From the human T2T-CHM13v2.0 reference genome, Homo sapiens, in the NCBI RefSeq assembly GCF_009914755.1, contig NC_060936.1: DNA of 64,000 nucleotides; one strand, given 5' to 3'. Position numbers and translations under genes: made by a program. Shown here piece after piece: positions 26,211-42,131 of the stretch (positions are counted from its first letter, which is position 1; each line of letters starts with the position of its first letter). The notes under the pieces are model-generated. The model saw nothing but the letters and a program-made list of their open reading frames with translations. It made no database searches and had not been told where the DNA came from.

Positions 26211-26988
26211 AAGAAAGCAAAGCACGCATACCACCCAACTCCCCAATTGCTGCTTTCCTGGACAGCTACAAGGAAGAAGAAAGAAGGCACCTGGGTTCCT
26301 GAGCCAAAGCTTCACAGAGAAAGTAGGGAAGAATAGTAACTTTGGTGAAGTCCATGGCACCCCTTTGTCCCTTGCCCCTTGTAAGAAACTTCTCTGTCAT
26401 CTGTATCAGGTACCCCCCTACCTGTCTCATAGGACACTCTGTATTTCTGGAATAGCTAGAAATTATATCCAAGTCTCAGAGAATTACTACAACATCTTGG
26501 AAAGTTTGTCATCCTTAAGAATATTGCCTTTTATCTAAACTAGGCTACATGAATTAATGAAGTGACAATGGATTTAGACTGAGAAAGTCTTGTGTTAAAT
26601 CTTGCATAGACACTCACTAGCTAAATACTCCATGTCCTGTTTTTCTCAATTGCAAAATCAGAATACTAGCCTTTACTTCTCATGATATTTTGAAAATTAA
26701 ATGAGAATCTAAGGGCTTCTGGATAAAAATGATGCTGCTGAAAATCTCCCTAAAATTTCTGTGGAGGTATTTTTAAGATATAGATGAGCAAATATGGGAA
26801 TATTAGGAAGGGGCAACAGCAATAGAACTTTTTAGGCTAGAAAGTAAATATGTGAGTAATAATGAGAAAGCAAAAGCTTAAACCAGCAATGGGAAAATAT
26901 GAGATCTGTCTCTATGTCAAAGGTTCGGGAATTGATGATATTAGGCCCTCTTGATATGAGATGAAGTGGGCATTAAAATAAATATATT

Positions 26989-27482
<494 letters not shown>

Positions 27483-27530
27483 CTAAGGCCCTAGGCCATT
27501 CTTCTAATTAGCTTCCAGAATGCTGATATA

Positions 27531-28018
27531 TGTGTCCTAGTGAGCTCATGCTCCCATAACAAAATACCATAGTCTGGGTGCCTTAGAGAACAGAAATTTA
27601 TTTCTCACAAATCTGCAGCCTGGGAAGTCCAATGTCAAGGTTCTAGCTAATTCAATTCCTGATGAGGGCTCCTGTCTTGGATTGTTGACAGCCACCTGCT
27701 TGCCATATCCTTACATGTGCAAATACACTCTTTTTCTCCCTGCTCACTCAGAAAGCTAGAGACTACACACGCAATCTCTCATACACACACACACACGCAC
27801 ACACACATACACACACACACAGAAAGAGAGAGAGAGAGAGAGAGGTCTTTCTCTTCTTCTTCTTATAGGACCAGTAATTCCATCATGAGGATCCCACCCT
27901 CATTTCCTAATTTAACCCTAATTACCTCCTTAAAGACTGCATTACAAATACCATCACATTGGGGGTTAGGGTTTCAACGTATGAATTTTGGGGGTACACA
28001 AATATTTAGACCATAGCA
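27531..28018 (-). mobile_element. MLT1A-like MaLR LTR containing a (CA)n(GA)n microsatellite (~27781-27843)
   Basis: ataacaaaataccatagtctggg...aacagaaatttatttctcaca...gggttagggtttcaacgtatgaattttggggg...catagca. Confidence 0.82.
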
Positions 28019-28199
28019 CCATGCCTTTAATCTCCAGGCAAGAGATTAGAAGAGTCTTTCTGAAGATTCTTATCAGTGCAAGAGGAAACATCTAAAAACT
28101 GATATCAGGTATTACAATATAGGACTCATGTAAGTCACCTTTAGGTAAAACTCTCAGACAGTAGGGTTTGCAGTTTCCTATCAACTTTATAGACCCCCA

Positions 28200-28862
28200 C
28201 TCTAAAAGAAGCAAATGACGATCATTAAACAAACTAAAGAAAATATATAACATGAAAATTAGGGAAAAAAGTAGCAAGCATAATAAAGATACCAGATGAA
28301 AAACATCTTCAAGAATACCATTAATATTTTAATAGACATAAAAAAGGGTATGCCCATGAAATAGAATGAGATGCTATAATAAGAAAGAGGGAGATCAGAG
28401 ACCCAAAAATATCTCTTTGATAGCAGAAATAAAAAAAACTTGGCAGAAGATATTGATAAATAAGTCTCCCAGAAACCAGAGGAAAAATACAAAATACTAG
28501 AATAACATACAAAAGAAAATATAAATAGAGACTCAGTTCAGGAGGTCCAACATTTGATAAATAATCAGAGATCCAGGCCCGAAGCAGTGGCTCACACCTG
28601 TAATCCCAGCACTTTGGGAGGCCAAGGTGGGCAGATAGTTGAGGCCAAGAGTTCTAGATCAGCCTGGCCAACATGGCGAAACCCTGTCTCTACTAAAAAT
28701 ACAAAAAAAAAAAAATAGCTGGGCATGCTGCTGTGTGCCTTTAGTCCCAGCTACTTGGGACGCTGAGAAAAGAGAATCACTTGAACCCGAGAGGCAGAAG
28801 CTGTAGTGAACCAAGATCACGCCACTGTACTCCAGCCTGGGTGACAGAGCAAGAGTACAGCT

Positions 28863-28901
<39 letters not shown>

Positions 28902-29700
28902 AGATCCAGAAACAGAGAATAGCAGCAATGTCAACAACAAACAGATGGAAGAAAATTATCAAAGAAATAATTCCAAAAAAATGTTCCAAAACTAAAGGAC
29001 CATTTTCCAGGCCCACTAAATGTTAGGAAAATGAATGAAAATAAACCAATCTTTTTGGCCCATATTTGAAAAATGTCATAAAACCAAGGACAATGAAACG
29101 AACCTCAAAGTCCTCCAAAAGGAAGACCAGATCTCTTGCAATGGGTCAGTTATCTAAAATATATTGAATTTCCCAACAGTAGCCTTGGATCCTAGAAAAC
29201 AATAGAACAGTATTTTCAACATTCTTAGAAAACATTATTTCCAACCTAAAATTATATGAACAGGGAAACTATTAATAAAATTTAAGAATATAAAAGCATG
29301 CTAAGTCTTAATTTATTTCCCTTGCAATCTTGCTCAGAAAGCTACTGAGGGAACTGCTCCACTGAAGTGGTAAACCAATAAAAACTAATACATGAGATCC
29401 AGCAAGAGAAAGAAGCAAAGGAATTTCATGATGATAGTGAAAAGAGATCTCAAGATGACAGCTCACACGGGCTTAGAGAATAAACATTCCATGATGACAG
29501 AGAACACCATGAGCAGTCCTTCTGAGCAGGGAGAAAAAGAGTATATTTGCTATCAATACATTCAAGTATATCAGATCAACTCTAAAGTAAATACTAAAGA
29601 GTATTCTTCGGGCAGAAGAAAAAGACTTCCAGGTAAAATCTAGGAGATATAGGAAGTAATAAAAAGCAAAGAAGGGTTTCTATATGGTTAAATCTAAATA
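28200..29700 (+). mobile_element. Ancient L1M ORF1-region remnant
   Basis: caggaggtccaacatttgataaataa...agaaataattccaaaaaaatgttccaaaactaaagga...ttttccaacctaaaattatat resembles degenerate L1 ORF1. Confidence 0.55.
28576..28897 (+). mobile_element. Old Alu (AluJ/early AluS) with a pure A34 tail
   Basis: Diverged Alu dimer; TSD AATC(A/T)GAGATCCA at 28563-28575 and 28896-28908. Confidence 0.9.
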
Positions 29701-29726
29701 ATCATTGGCTTCGTTCAGGGGTTTTA

Positions 29727-30941
<1,215 letters not shown>

Positions 30942-31169
30942 AATAAGAATTTTAGATGGGTCTATAATATTTATAGTCATGGTAACAATAACATTATGCT
31001 TTGGGTTTTTTAAACTATGCATTAAATTACTTATGCCTAAAATGGTTTTTGGCCTGTTTCTTTGTTTTGTTTTGGATGAGTCTTACATTTCTTTCTATTT
31101 TTGCTATCTATACAGCAGTGGCGGAATAAAAATCATATTCACCAACTTGGAGTTATGTAAGACAGAGTT

Positions 31170-34100
31170 TTGACTCTAGTCCAAACCTACGTGATTTTGG
31201 TTAAGTTACTAAACCTTCCTGTACTTGATTTTCCTCATCAATTAATTGGAACAAGTAATATACACCACATAAAGTCACTGGGTAAATTGAATAAAAATGT
31301 ATAAAATCTACAAGAATGAGCTCACCTTTAGAATGTGTTAACTAAGATTTAATTCCTTATCTTCCCTATTTATTCTACCAGTACATGTTTATTGAATTTC
31401 TGCTTTGAGTTTGGCATTGCGGAAAAAGATGAGGGTACAGTGATCAATGACATAAACACAAACCACGTGTAATAGAGTTCTCTATCTAGAAGCAGGGGTT
31501 GGGGGTGAGGGGCAACATAAATACTCCATGTAAGTGTATAACACAAATGAGTAAAGGTCTGTGGAGGGAAGCTCATTTTGAATCTAGCCCAGAGACATGA
31601 GGGAAGAAGTGACACTTGGGCTGAGTTTGAAGGTGAGTAAAAGTAACTAGGCAAGCGGGGGAGGTTGTGTAGAATGACTATTCCAGACTAAGGCATGGTC
31701 CTATTGAAAGACTTTGAAGACTAGGTTAGCCTGGGCCATTCAAAGAACTGAAAGAAGGTTGGTATGGCTAGAGAACAAGGAGTGAGATGAAGCTGGAAAA
31801 ATTGGTAAGGCACAGGGCAATTTTAGTCTGTCCTTTTTAGTCCATATTGAGGATTTGACTTTCTATATTCCAATGATTACAGCCACTGTAGGATTGTAAG
31901 CAAAAGATAAAATGGTCAGATTTGTTTTCCAAGTAACAATTATGGAACATATGGTGTGAAGGATTAATAGGAAGGAAACAAGAGTAAACACAATATCAGT
32001 CAAAAGATCATGGCAGTGGTTCAGCACAGAGATGGTAACTTAGACCAGGGAAAACATAATAGATATGGAGATTTAGGTGGAAAAACAGCAAATAAATCAT
32101 GGTTACCAAGTATGAGTATGTGCAACTTGCATCTCACCTATGGAATGAGAAGAATAATACCTATCTCAGAGAGATGTTGTGAGGAGTGAGATAACTGCTT
32201 ACCATAGTAAGCGGTGCTCAGTATATGACAGCAATTATTATTTTTATTTCCATTATCGTTCAAAATTTTTCTATCACTTTCTTTCCTTCTCTCTTAGCAA
32301 TTGGTGTCCCATTTCCTTTTTATGGCTAAAATTTTCATCTTTCTTTGGATGTTGTCTTACCTGATACATGATGATCTTCCATGGTGATCCCATATTTAGT
32401 TATCTCCTGTAGTTTGTTTCTTAAATTTCTGTCTCCATCATCTACCTTAGTTTGTTAAAATAAATATGTAGACAAGCTGTAATACTGCCATTGAAAATAT
32501 TATTCCACCTCCTCCTCAGACCACTATCCCGTTCATCTGTCTTTAATCCTTGCCAACCTTCTTAGGCAGTCTAATCAGTGTCTTTATGCCCCACCTTTAG
32601 TTATTCTGCATTTTTTATTTTTTCAAAACTCACTTTTGAGCTTTCATTTTCTTCCGCTGTCCTTGAGACAGGATTCATGGTGCACATTCTACTCAAATTA
32701 CATTCATTATAGTAATCAGTGTTAACCTCTTAGTTACTAAATTCAGAAACCTCTTTTCTATCCTCATTCTACTTATCTTCAGTATTTCATTCATCATTCT
32801 CCCCATAATTTATCTTAGTCCCTTACATCTTCGCTTCCATTCTCTCTTGGTTCTTCTATTTACCTGGGACCCCTCCTTTTTAATTATCTTCTCCATCTAT
32901 TCCTGTTCATTAAATATAAATATTACATAGAATTTTGTTCATATATGACCTCATTCTCTACTCAAAACACATATTTACTTACTGATACAGCAAATATTTA
33001 GTGTGTCAGACATTATATTAGGCTGTAGGGATACAAAGATGAATATAGGGATACAAAAATGAGTAGCACATAGTCTCTGTCTTTAAAAAAAAAAAAACAG
33101 CCTCTGAGTCCAGTTGAGAAACCTTATGTAAATGGGCAAAACAAAATATTTTAGGAGTGTACAACACACCTATTCCTATGGCACAATGGAAAGATCAAGA
33201 TAGAATACCTAATTCTGTTATGTAACCTATGGTTACAGGCAATAACAACCGAATATCTCCCTCTGTCCTTCCTCTTTTTATTTATACCATAAAGTATATT
33301 ATATTCATTCTAATCAGAATCTGTTTGATTATTTTTATTTCCTGTGTCTGTTAATAGCATCATTAGCCACTTAATTTAGAAAGTCAGAATCATTCTTAAT
33401 TCTGTTCTCTATCTTTCTCTCTCATTCCCTAAATACAAGCACTACCTTCACATATCCCACTGACTTCAGTGTCTCTTGCCTTGAAATATTGTAATAGTGT
33501 CCTTGTGCAGTGCTTTTCAACAGCAGTGTGCCATAAGCAGTGTTATGGTTTGTGAAGACATTGCAGTAAAGAAGTAGATGATAGCATTTGCAAGATTGAG
33601 AGATGTGTAGATATTACAAAGGATACTATTACAATATTGTGATTATAATATTCTGTGATTACAGACTTGTGAAGGTGATGGTAGAAAGTGGACTAGGAAC
33701 AATAAGTGAAGGGCATTGTATATGAAAGACTGGAATTCATCCTTGTACTTTCCTCCCCATCTCCTGAAATATTCACTAATTATACTAAAATAGTTCAGCA
33801 TATCCCCAACTATGATAAACTGTGTTCTTTCTAAAATGTCCTATTCTACAAACCTTTATGCTGTTTCCTTTATCTGAAATGACCCTCATCACCTTTCCAT
33901 CCGACACTTCCATTTATCCTTCACAATTCAGATAAATGTCATTTCATCTGCAAGTCATTCCTAATACACCAAGCCTCCCACAGGCCTTTGTCCATGTCTC
34001 TGTAACATCGTCTGTGACTATGTTTTTATCTATTTCCTCCCAACTGTTAATCTTTTCAAGGTCAGGGATCAAATCTTAATCATATTTCTGCTTCCTCCCA

Positions 34101-34170
34101 TCCTCAAAACATAGTAGCTGTATTAGATTCATCTATACTAGGCACTCAATAAGTGTTTGTTGAATTAATA
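31170..34170. mobile_element. Cluster of ancient L2 and MIR fragments in both orientations
   Basis: L2 3'-end motifs (ggcactcaataagtgtttgttgaattaata ~34140-34170; catgtttattgaatttctgc ~31384) and MIR-like cores (~31170-31340, ~32130-32240). Boundaries are approximate. Confidence 0.55.
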
Positions 34171-34669
34171 AACATTTCTGACTTAAAAAAATCTTTGGAT
34201 TCTCAGAAACACTCTTCCTGCCAATTGCTATTACTCAAAGTCAGATACTGGCCTATTTCCAACTTAAACTTACAACTCATTCAGTGTTCACATTCAAGCT
34301 ATAAGTTTCCCTGTCTCAACCACCTCTGAGATCTATTTAGCACACTTTGGAATTTATTTAATCATTTCCTACTGAAGTTCAACCAACTGTGAGGTTATGG
34401 ACCCTGAAAAACTTAATCATTATAACCATTGTCCCTTCATTTTAAGGTTTCATAGCTTCTGAAACATTTTTCTGAAAGAATGGAAAGGGGTACTATACTA
34501 ACATCAATATGTGTTTTTATGTTTCTCAAAAAACTAAATAATATTTTCCATGAAAATTTTATAGTACTTTAATAGAACTGGGGGATCCCACATATTTTCC
34601 CTAAAGCTTCAATACCTTCTGCAAGATTTCTCAAGATCATTATTTTAATTAAAAAAAATGATAGTTCAA

Positions 34670-34925
34670 CCTAATGGTTAGGAGAGTGGGCTATGGAGCA
34701 AGACAATTTAGGTTTGAATTTTAACTCTGTCCCTTGCTAGGGATATGATTTTAATTAACCCCATACATTTCTTTGTCCATTTCCTCATTTTTGAATTTGC
34801 CATAATGAGATAAAATAATGCATAACTCACAGAGTTGAGTAAATGAATTAGTATGTGTAAAATGCTGAAAACAATACCTAATGCATACAAGTTCAATGAA
34901 TGTATTGAACTTGGCTATTGCTATT
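34670..34925 (+). mobile_element. MIR
   Basis: aatggttaggagagtgggctatggagc...ggtttgaattttaactctg...gtatgtgtaaaatgctgaaaacaatacct. Confidence 0.7.
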
Positions 34926-37900
34926 ATCAGGAACAGTAGCCATTTGCAATGAAATGTGTTAAAATTTAGAATTTGATTATAGTAACTGGATACATTTTGA
35001 AATATTACATTTTAAAATATGGTGTGTTTGTGTGTGTGTGTGTTGGGGAAATTTATTATTCTGCATAGTCAATCAATTTTCAATGGAAAGGAATTTTCTC
35101 GGTAATGGTGAATACAAATACTTGATAGATACGATGTAGATTCTGATAAATGATCTATTCTACTCTAAATTTTAGCTGGACAAATTTGATAAGCAGGTTT
35201 AATCCACATGTCTCAAGGTGATGTCAATCAATCAATCAGTCACACTTCTGGCATTAACCTACCACCCCCAGTATATATACTATCCCATGTCATTTCTTTT
35301 CTTCACCCTGTATAAGGTCTTGAACTTAGGTAGCCCATTGAAACATGAATTAAAGAAGAAACTGATACCTTTAAACATTCCAGTAATAAATCTAATTATA
35401 AAAATTAACTTAGTTTTTATCCCCCACTTAGAGATAAAATATTTTCATTCAGATATTGATATATGCTTTATAAAGATAAAATTTATATTGCAATATTTTT
35501 CATGAAGAATAGAAAAACCAACCCTTCTAGAATTGCTGAGCTGGAAGAGTGAATATATTTTCTATAATTCTTGTGAGTCTAGGATCTAATTTTTAACAAT
35601 TTTGAGGCATTTATCAATATTATAGGGAAATAAAATTATCTTTTGAAATTTTCCAAAACATAACCTATGGTTCTTTGTACCAATGACCTTAAATTGTATA
35701 TGAGATTTTTCTATTTAAAGAGAAATGATTATATCAATTACTATTTGAACATTAGTGAATTATTATAAATAACATTTAGATTTAATTTTAAGAATTTAAA
35801 ATTTATGTACCATAAAGTCAACATTTTATCATCACACAAATGCTAAACTCAGTGTCAGTTTCTCAGAATTGCAACTTTTGAATGACACACTTATGTTCAA
35901 ATGGACTTATCTGTGTTTGAGGTAGTTTATACATTTAAGCTACTCTCCTATCCCATTGTGAGGAATCTGCACATGTACATACATACATATTTCCATCTGA
36001 TGAAATGAGTACTTATTCTTGGCAGGAAAAGTTAAATGAGAATTTATAACTTTTCCATTAAATTGCTTGCCTTTTTATCAGGTTTTGTATTGAAACCAAG
36101 ATTCTGCATTAAAATATCCCTTATTTTTTCATGTATTTTTCTTTGATATATTTCTGTTACTACTAGAAGAAATATATTATTGAAATATTGAGAAAGCCTT
36201 TCTATTGTTATATGTGTCAGTAATTTATATATCTGAAGTATTTTAATGTTTAAAATATTTAAACTTAACTCAAATGTTTATAATACAAATCCCATTGCAA
36301 CTGGAACCTTAGGTTCTTAACTATTTGAACATGTTCCCAAAAAAATCAATGAAAATCTTCCCCTTTTGTACCATTTCTTCAAAGAAGGAAAACCGTTTCT
36401 GTTTTTAAAAATATTAATAGTCATGTTCAAAAAGGTCATCCGATCATCTCTGAGTTTGAAATAGTTTGAGGACATAAAAACACCTGAATTACAACTCATC
36501 TCACCCAAGTTAAGAAAAAAAAATGTTGAAGAAATAGAAACATGACAGAGGTTGGTAGATTAGAAGGAGAGTAGACCCTTTTATATGTTTTTGTTTGGCT
36601 ATTAACTAAAATTATGTGTGCCAAGATTTAGGTTAGTTGAAAGCCCTACAAACTGGGCTTATGGAAATAGTAACTGAGCCTTCTAACATTTTGTTTTTTA
36701 ATACACCACAAGAATGCATTTCCCCAAAAGTGTGAGATCCCTATCTTGAGATGTGATGAAATGCTTTAAAAAATTATATCATAAAAGAGAAACATCTTTC
36801 TTAAAATTCTAAATCATGTAGCTAATGTGAGCTCACACAATAGAGGCCCGCACATTGAAATATTTTCTCATTTTTAAGGGAATTAATGGCTCTCCACCAG
36901 CCCTTTAACATGTAAAATGAGTAGGTTACTTGTGTCCAGTACATCCAAAAAAGAGCCAGGATAAAATAAACATAAGGGGTTGGATATCTTGGAAAAAATC
37001 TGTCATGGGTTTGGGTTAATCATCTCCAGAAGAAATTCAACTTGATGCCTGAAATGTAAGACTTCTTGGAGAAAGCAGAAAGGCCCGAGGCAGTGTTGAT
37101 CTGAAGGAGTGCTCTCCATGGGTCAGAGCTGCTCTGCTGGCAGAGTGCAAACCCAGTTCACAACCGCGGCCTCTGAAAAGTTGTAAAAGACTGCAGGAGC
37201 CTTCCAGTGCACGCACTCCAGCTTTGGTTACATAGTTTTAATGGCCTAGTTTCTTATTATAAAATAAAACTTAAAAATAAAATCTGTGCCTAATTTTCCA
37301 ACCTTCTGTCCATCAATGACAGGATTCCTTCCTTCAACATTTGTAGAATAAAACAATTTCTTAAGTTTTAGTAATCATATAGAAAAGTATTTGGAAATAT
37401 AGCACACTTGTATTTGATGCAGTTTTCGTGATGTCCTATTTGTAGGCTTCTGAACTTTGGAACGTGAGTTATTTAAGCAGTACTTTGGATTAATTTTCTT
37501 CTATCACTTTTCATACATTTTTGAAGTGTTTTTTCCAGCGACAAGTTTCTCTTTGTCTAAAATCCCTGACACTACATGCCTTGTAGACTGAAAAAAAAAT
37601 CATTTTAATTATCAATAATGATTGTGAACTCCAACTAAACTGATCTTATGCCAACTAGCTCAACTCAGATATTTGCTCATTTTGCCCCAAATTCTCCTTG
37701 ATTTTTTTTCAGTTTCATCATCATACCTAGAGTATATTCACTTGAAATAAAATAAAGTGAATATAAAAATATAAAAAGAAAATATCATGGGCTTATGTTA
37801 ATCATTATTAGCACAGGAATAATTATGTGATTTTATCCTGTATGGAAGTTCAATGTGCTGCTAAGTTACCATGACAAGTTTTAAATCCACTTTAGAAGAA

Positions 37901-40900
37901 ACATAGCATAAAGAAATAATTTTTAGTTCCCTTTGCTTCTATACATAATTTTATTGCACCCAACTGCCAAGGGAATTAAACTCAGGTAAGGTCTTAATTA
38001 AAATACCTGAGCATGTCTTAAAGATGCTTACTTTTTATAGACATATAAGGTTGTTTGTTTACTGTTATACTCTTATAAAATCTGTTTATGTTCTATGTAG
38101 ACTTTTCTTAAAATTACATACAGGCATAACCTTACTAGTTCTAGCAGAGAAACTTCAAACTTTAAACAGTATAAAAGTCAATCAGTTCAATGAATAGAGT
38201 CCTAAGTGCTGAAGCATTTCAAATCCTTTTTCATTTGACCACTTGGTGACCTGATAACTATTTCCTGTCCCTAAATAAGGTTGTGACCCAGGTCTTAGAG
38301 TGCGAAACTCAGATAATTTTAGAAACAAGCCAAATACCATAGAATTAAAGAAGTAGAAGACAGTTCGACTGAAATTCTTTCTTTTAAAGTGGAGTATCTT
38401 AAATATGTAAAAAACTTGAAATATATTAACTTGTATTTATCCATCATATTTAAAACTATGAAATCATTGATTTTATCACCAGATGTCTCTAAAAGATTAA
38501 CTTGCAGTGCAATTCCTCATTTCCATTTCATTATGATAACTGAGATTATAAAATAAATAAGTAAATACATCACATGTAATAATAACACTATTTGAATAAA
38601 TCACCAGAATAGTTTGAAAACAAGTGATGTTAAAAATTATACATTAAACTTATACATATAGATGTGTATGTGTATTTGTCTGTATGAGTGTAATAATCTA
38701 AACTTTATTAATATTTATAACTACATAAAGTTGAAAGTTATTAAAGAGCAGTAACTACAAAAGACCTGTACATTTCAGACAATATGGCAGGAATATTTCT
38801 AGCCACCTATTTGAGCTGTTAAAATGCCTTTGGCGATTGGATTAAGGGAAGGAAGACCCTTACAAGTGCATTTTGCTGATCTGAAAATGTAATTGACTAT
38901 AGTTTGTTTTGATAATTTTTTTTTGCTTTTCTGTAACTTGGATGTGAAATATAATGTTATGAAATGTTAATTATTTTAATGAGGTCAAGAAGTATTTCCT
39001 TAAAATAGCAGTTTTAATGTTAAACATACGTTTGATACTTTTTCTCTTTGTACAGTTAATAAAGCTATGGATTAAAATATATAAGAACTAAACTTAAAAT
39101 ATGATTTTTAAAAAGTAAATATTAAGAAAAGCCTCTGAAATTGACACTTAGCCTGAGCTATTTAAAGTAAGCTAAGGTTTACACTTTTCATAAGGATCAT
39201 ATGATTTATCAAACAAAAGAAATTCTCAGTGTTGGTCTCAAGCATTCTAAAGAATGATTATAAACTAAGCAACTAAAAACTATAGGGTTGATTAAACAGT
39301 GAGAAAGCGTTATCTCAGATACTGTTTTAGAATGTGATATGCCATATTACTCATAAGGATTACACATTTTTATTGATAATATATCAATTATACACTCGGA
39401 AAGATAGAATTTCACTCTTCTTCAGATGAATGTTGAACTATTGCCAATTCCACTCTTACAATTTTCTAATTTGTTTTACTGTGTGTTTCATATGGAATTA
39501 TATCATGGAAATGTGTATATGTATGTGTCTAATTTAAATATTAAAGGTAAGGATTTTCAAAAGTGAAATATAAATTAATATAAAATAAAACAAAACATCA
39601 AACTCTTGATTTGCTTCTTAGAGTTTATCTGAACAAAAAGAGAGCCCCTTAAAATCATTCTATTTTAAAGATGATTTGTGAAAAATATGTACAGAAATAA
39701 AATTTATACCATAATAATAAAGTTTAAATATTTAAGTTACAGCAATAACAAAAATTATAGCATAACTAGAGATGTTTTAAACATTTATTATTAAATTAAC
39801 AGCCTAGAATAAAAGTATGAATAAAGTAAATTTTCAAGTGTGATCTGAGGTTTCTAGCAAAGTGGTGGTAATGATTCATAAATTTCAAATTGTTGTTAAA
39901 GTGTGAACTAATATTGTGCATTATCTGTCTCATATAAACAGAAATACAATTTTATTCCACATACATTTTATTTTTGCTCTTTGATTTAAATGAATGTTTC
40001 AGCTACCTATTTATAAACACAGCTTTTGCTACATATTACTACTATTTATAAATTTTGTGTATTTTATCAAAAATTACTTTTTTGAATTTTAATTGCTTAT
40101 ATATATAAGGTGCATGCTATGATATATAAATGATAAGTAACTGATAAAATTTGAAATTGTTTAAGACTATTTTTATTGTTTTAAGTATAATGTACTTTAT
40201 ACTTAATATTATGAAGTTTAAATCATATTACCACTGTAATCATAATTTTAAATAATATTTAAATAACATTGAAGAGCAAATAATAAAAATGCAATTAAGT
40301 TACAAATGCATACATTTATGAAAGTTTGTTTTATTGTTGTTAAGGTCAGACAACAAAAATTTATTAAGCATCTACTTGTTCAAAAGAAAGTTATAGTTAT
40401 AAGATTAAAAACTGTCAGGGATTAAGACTAGAATTAAGCTCTAAGTACCAGGAAAGTAACTTAGATTTAACCTACAGATGACCTGGACTTGTTTGTTCAG
40501 ATGACAGTTCTTAAAGTGTATAGGGAATATTCCTATTTAACACAATTATTTGCTGCAAGCCTTGACCTCAGTGATTGTCAGGGACCAAGTCTGAATTGGC
40601 CCATTCTCTGATATGGTGACATTGCTTCTGTTGCCTCGATTGTGACCTCTGATTGCATGGTACCCTTGAGAGTTCTGTAACAAGCGTAACTCCTGGTTCT
40701 TAGCCAGGAAGGTTGGTCTGCCTGCATAGATTTGTCAGCCCCTTTAGTCTGAGTAACATATGCTATCTACCCTGCCATGGTATACTAGTTATTTTATTTA
40801 TATACATCTCTCCGAGTACTTTAATGGTAGCATTTCACAACTAGTGAAATATGCAAAAAATATATTTTTTTAATAAGAAGCCTGTGTAATTTATTAGTTC

Positions 40901-41606
40901 TTAGAATAAATGCTCATTTACTTTCAAGCAGGTTTATTGTCTTAGAGCATTGTTTTATATGTATGTAACAATTTCTCACCCACATACATACCTTTGCCTG
41001 CCTCAGAGAAGTGCACACCTCTTCCATCCCTCATCCCCTTAATCCTACAATATCTAGTATAAAGAGAGTTGATGTAGAGAAGTAGCATGGCATAATTTGA
41101 TAATGATAATGATTATAAGAAAAAATATATTTTAAACTGCCTTAAAATTGCAGCTTCAGCACTGTCACCATGAACAAACTAGTTCTGAACCTCCGTAAAG
41201 CATCACTCAGAGTTTTAATCAGAATTAAATGAAAATTAATGTACTGTAAAGGGCATATCACAACTTCAGAACATACTATAATTATTATTATGATAATGAT
41301 ATTTTTCTATGCTTCCCAAAGGAGAAAAAACATGGGAACCCATACATCAGTACATACAGGATAGTTCCTAAATTTTTGTACTCACAGCATGGAATGAAGG
41401 ATGTTGCATGCACAGCAACCTGAACAGAACAATTTACATAGCTTTCCTTACAGTTTAAAAGCTAGGATCAAGATAATGTGGAATCATTTGTTTGTCAGTC
41501 ATGTGTTTAGACATGGTTTGGTTATTTTAAGTTAAATTATAAATGGGCAGTAGAAATGGAAATTTAAACATTTTCATGCTGAGATTTAGTGCCTTGTCCA
41601 CCAGAT

Positions 41607-42131
<525 letters not shown>

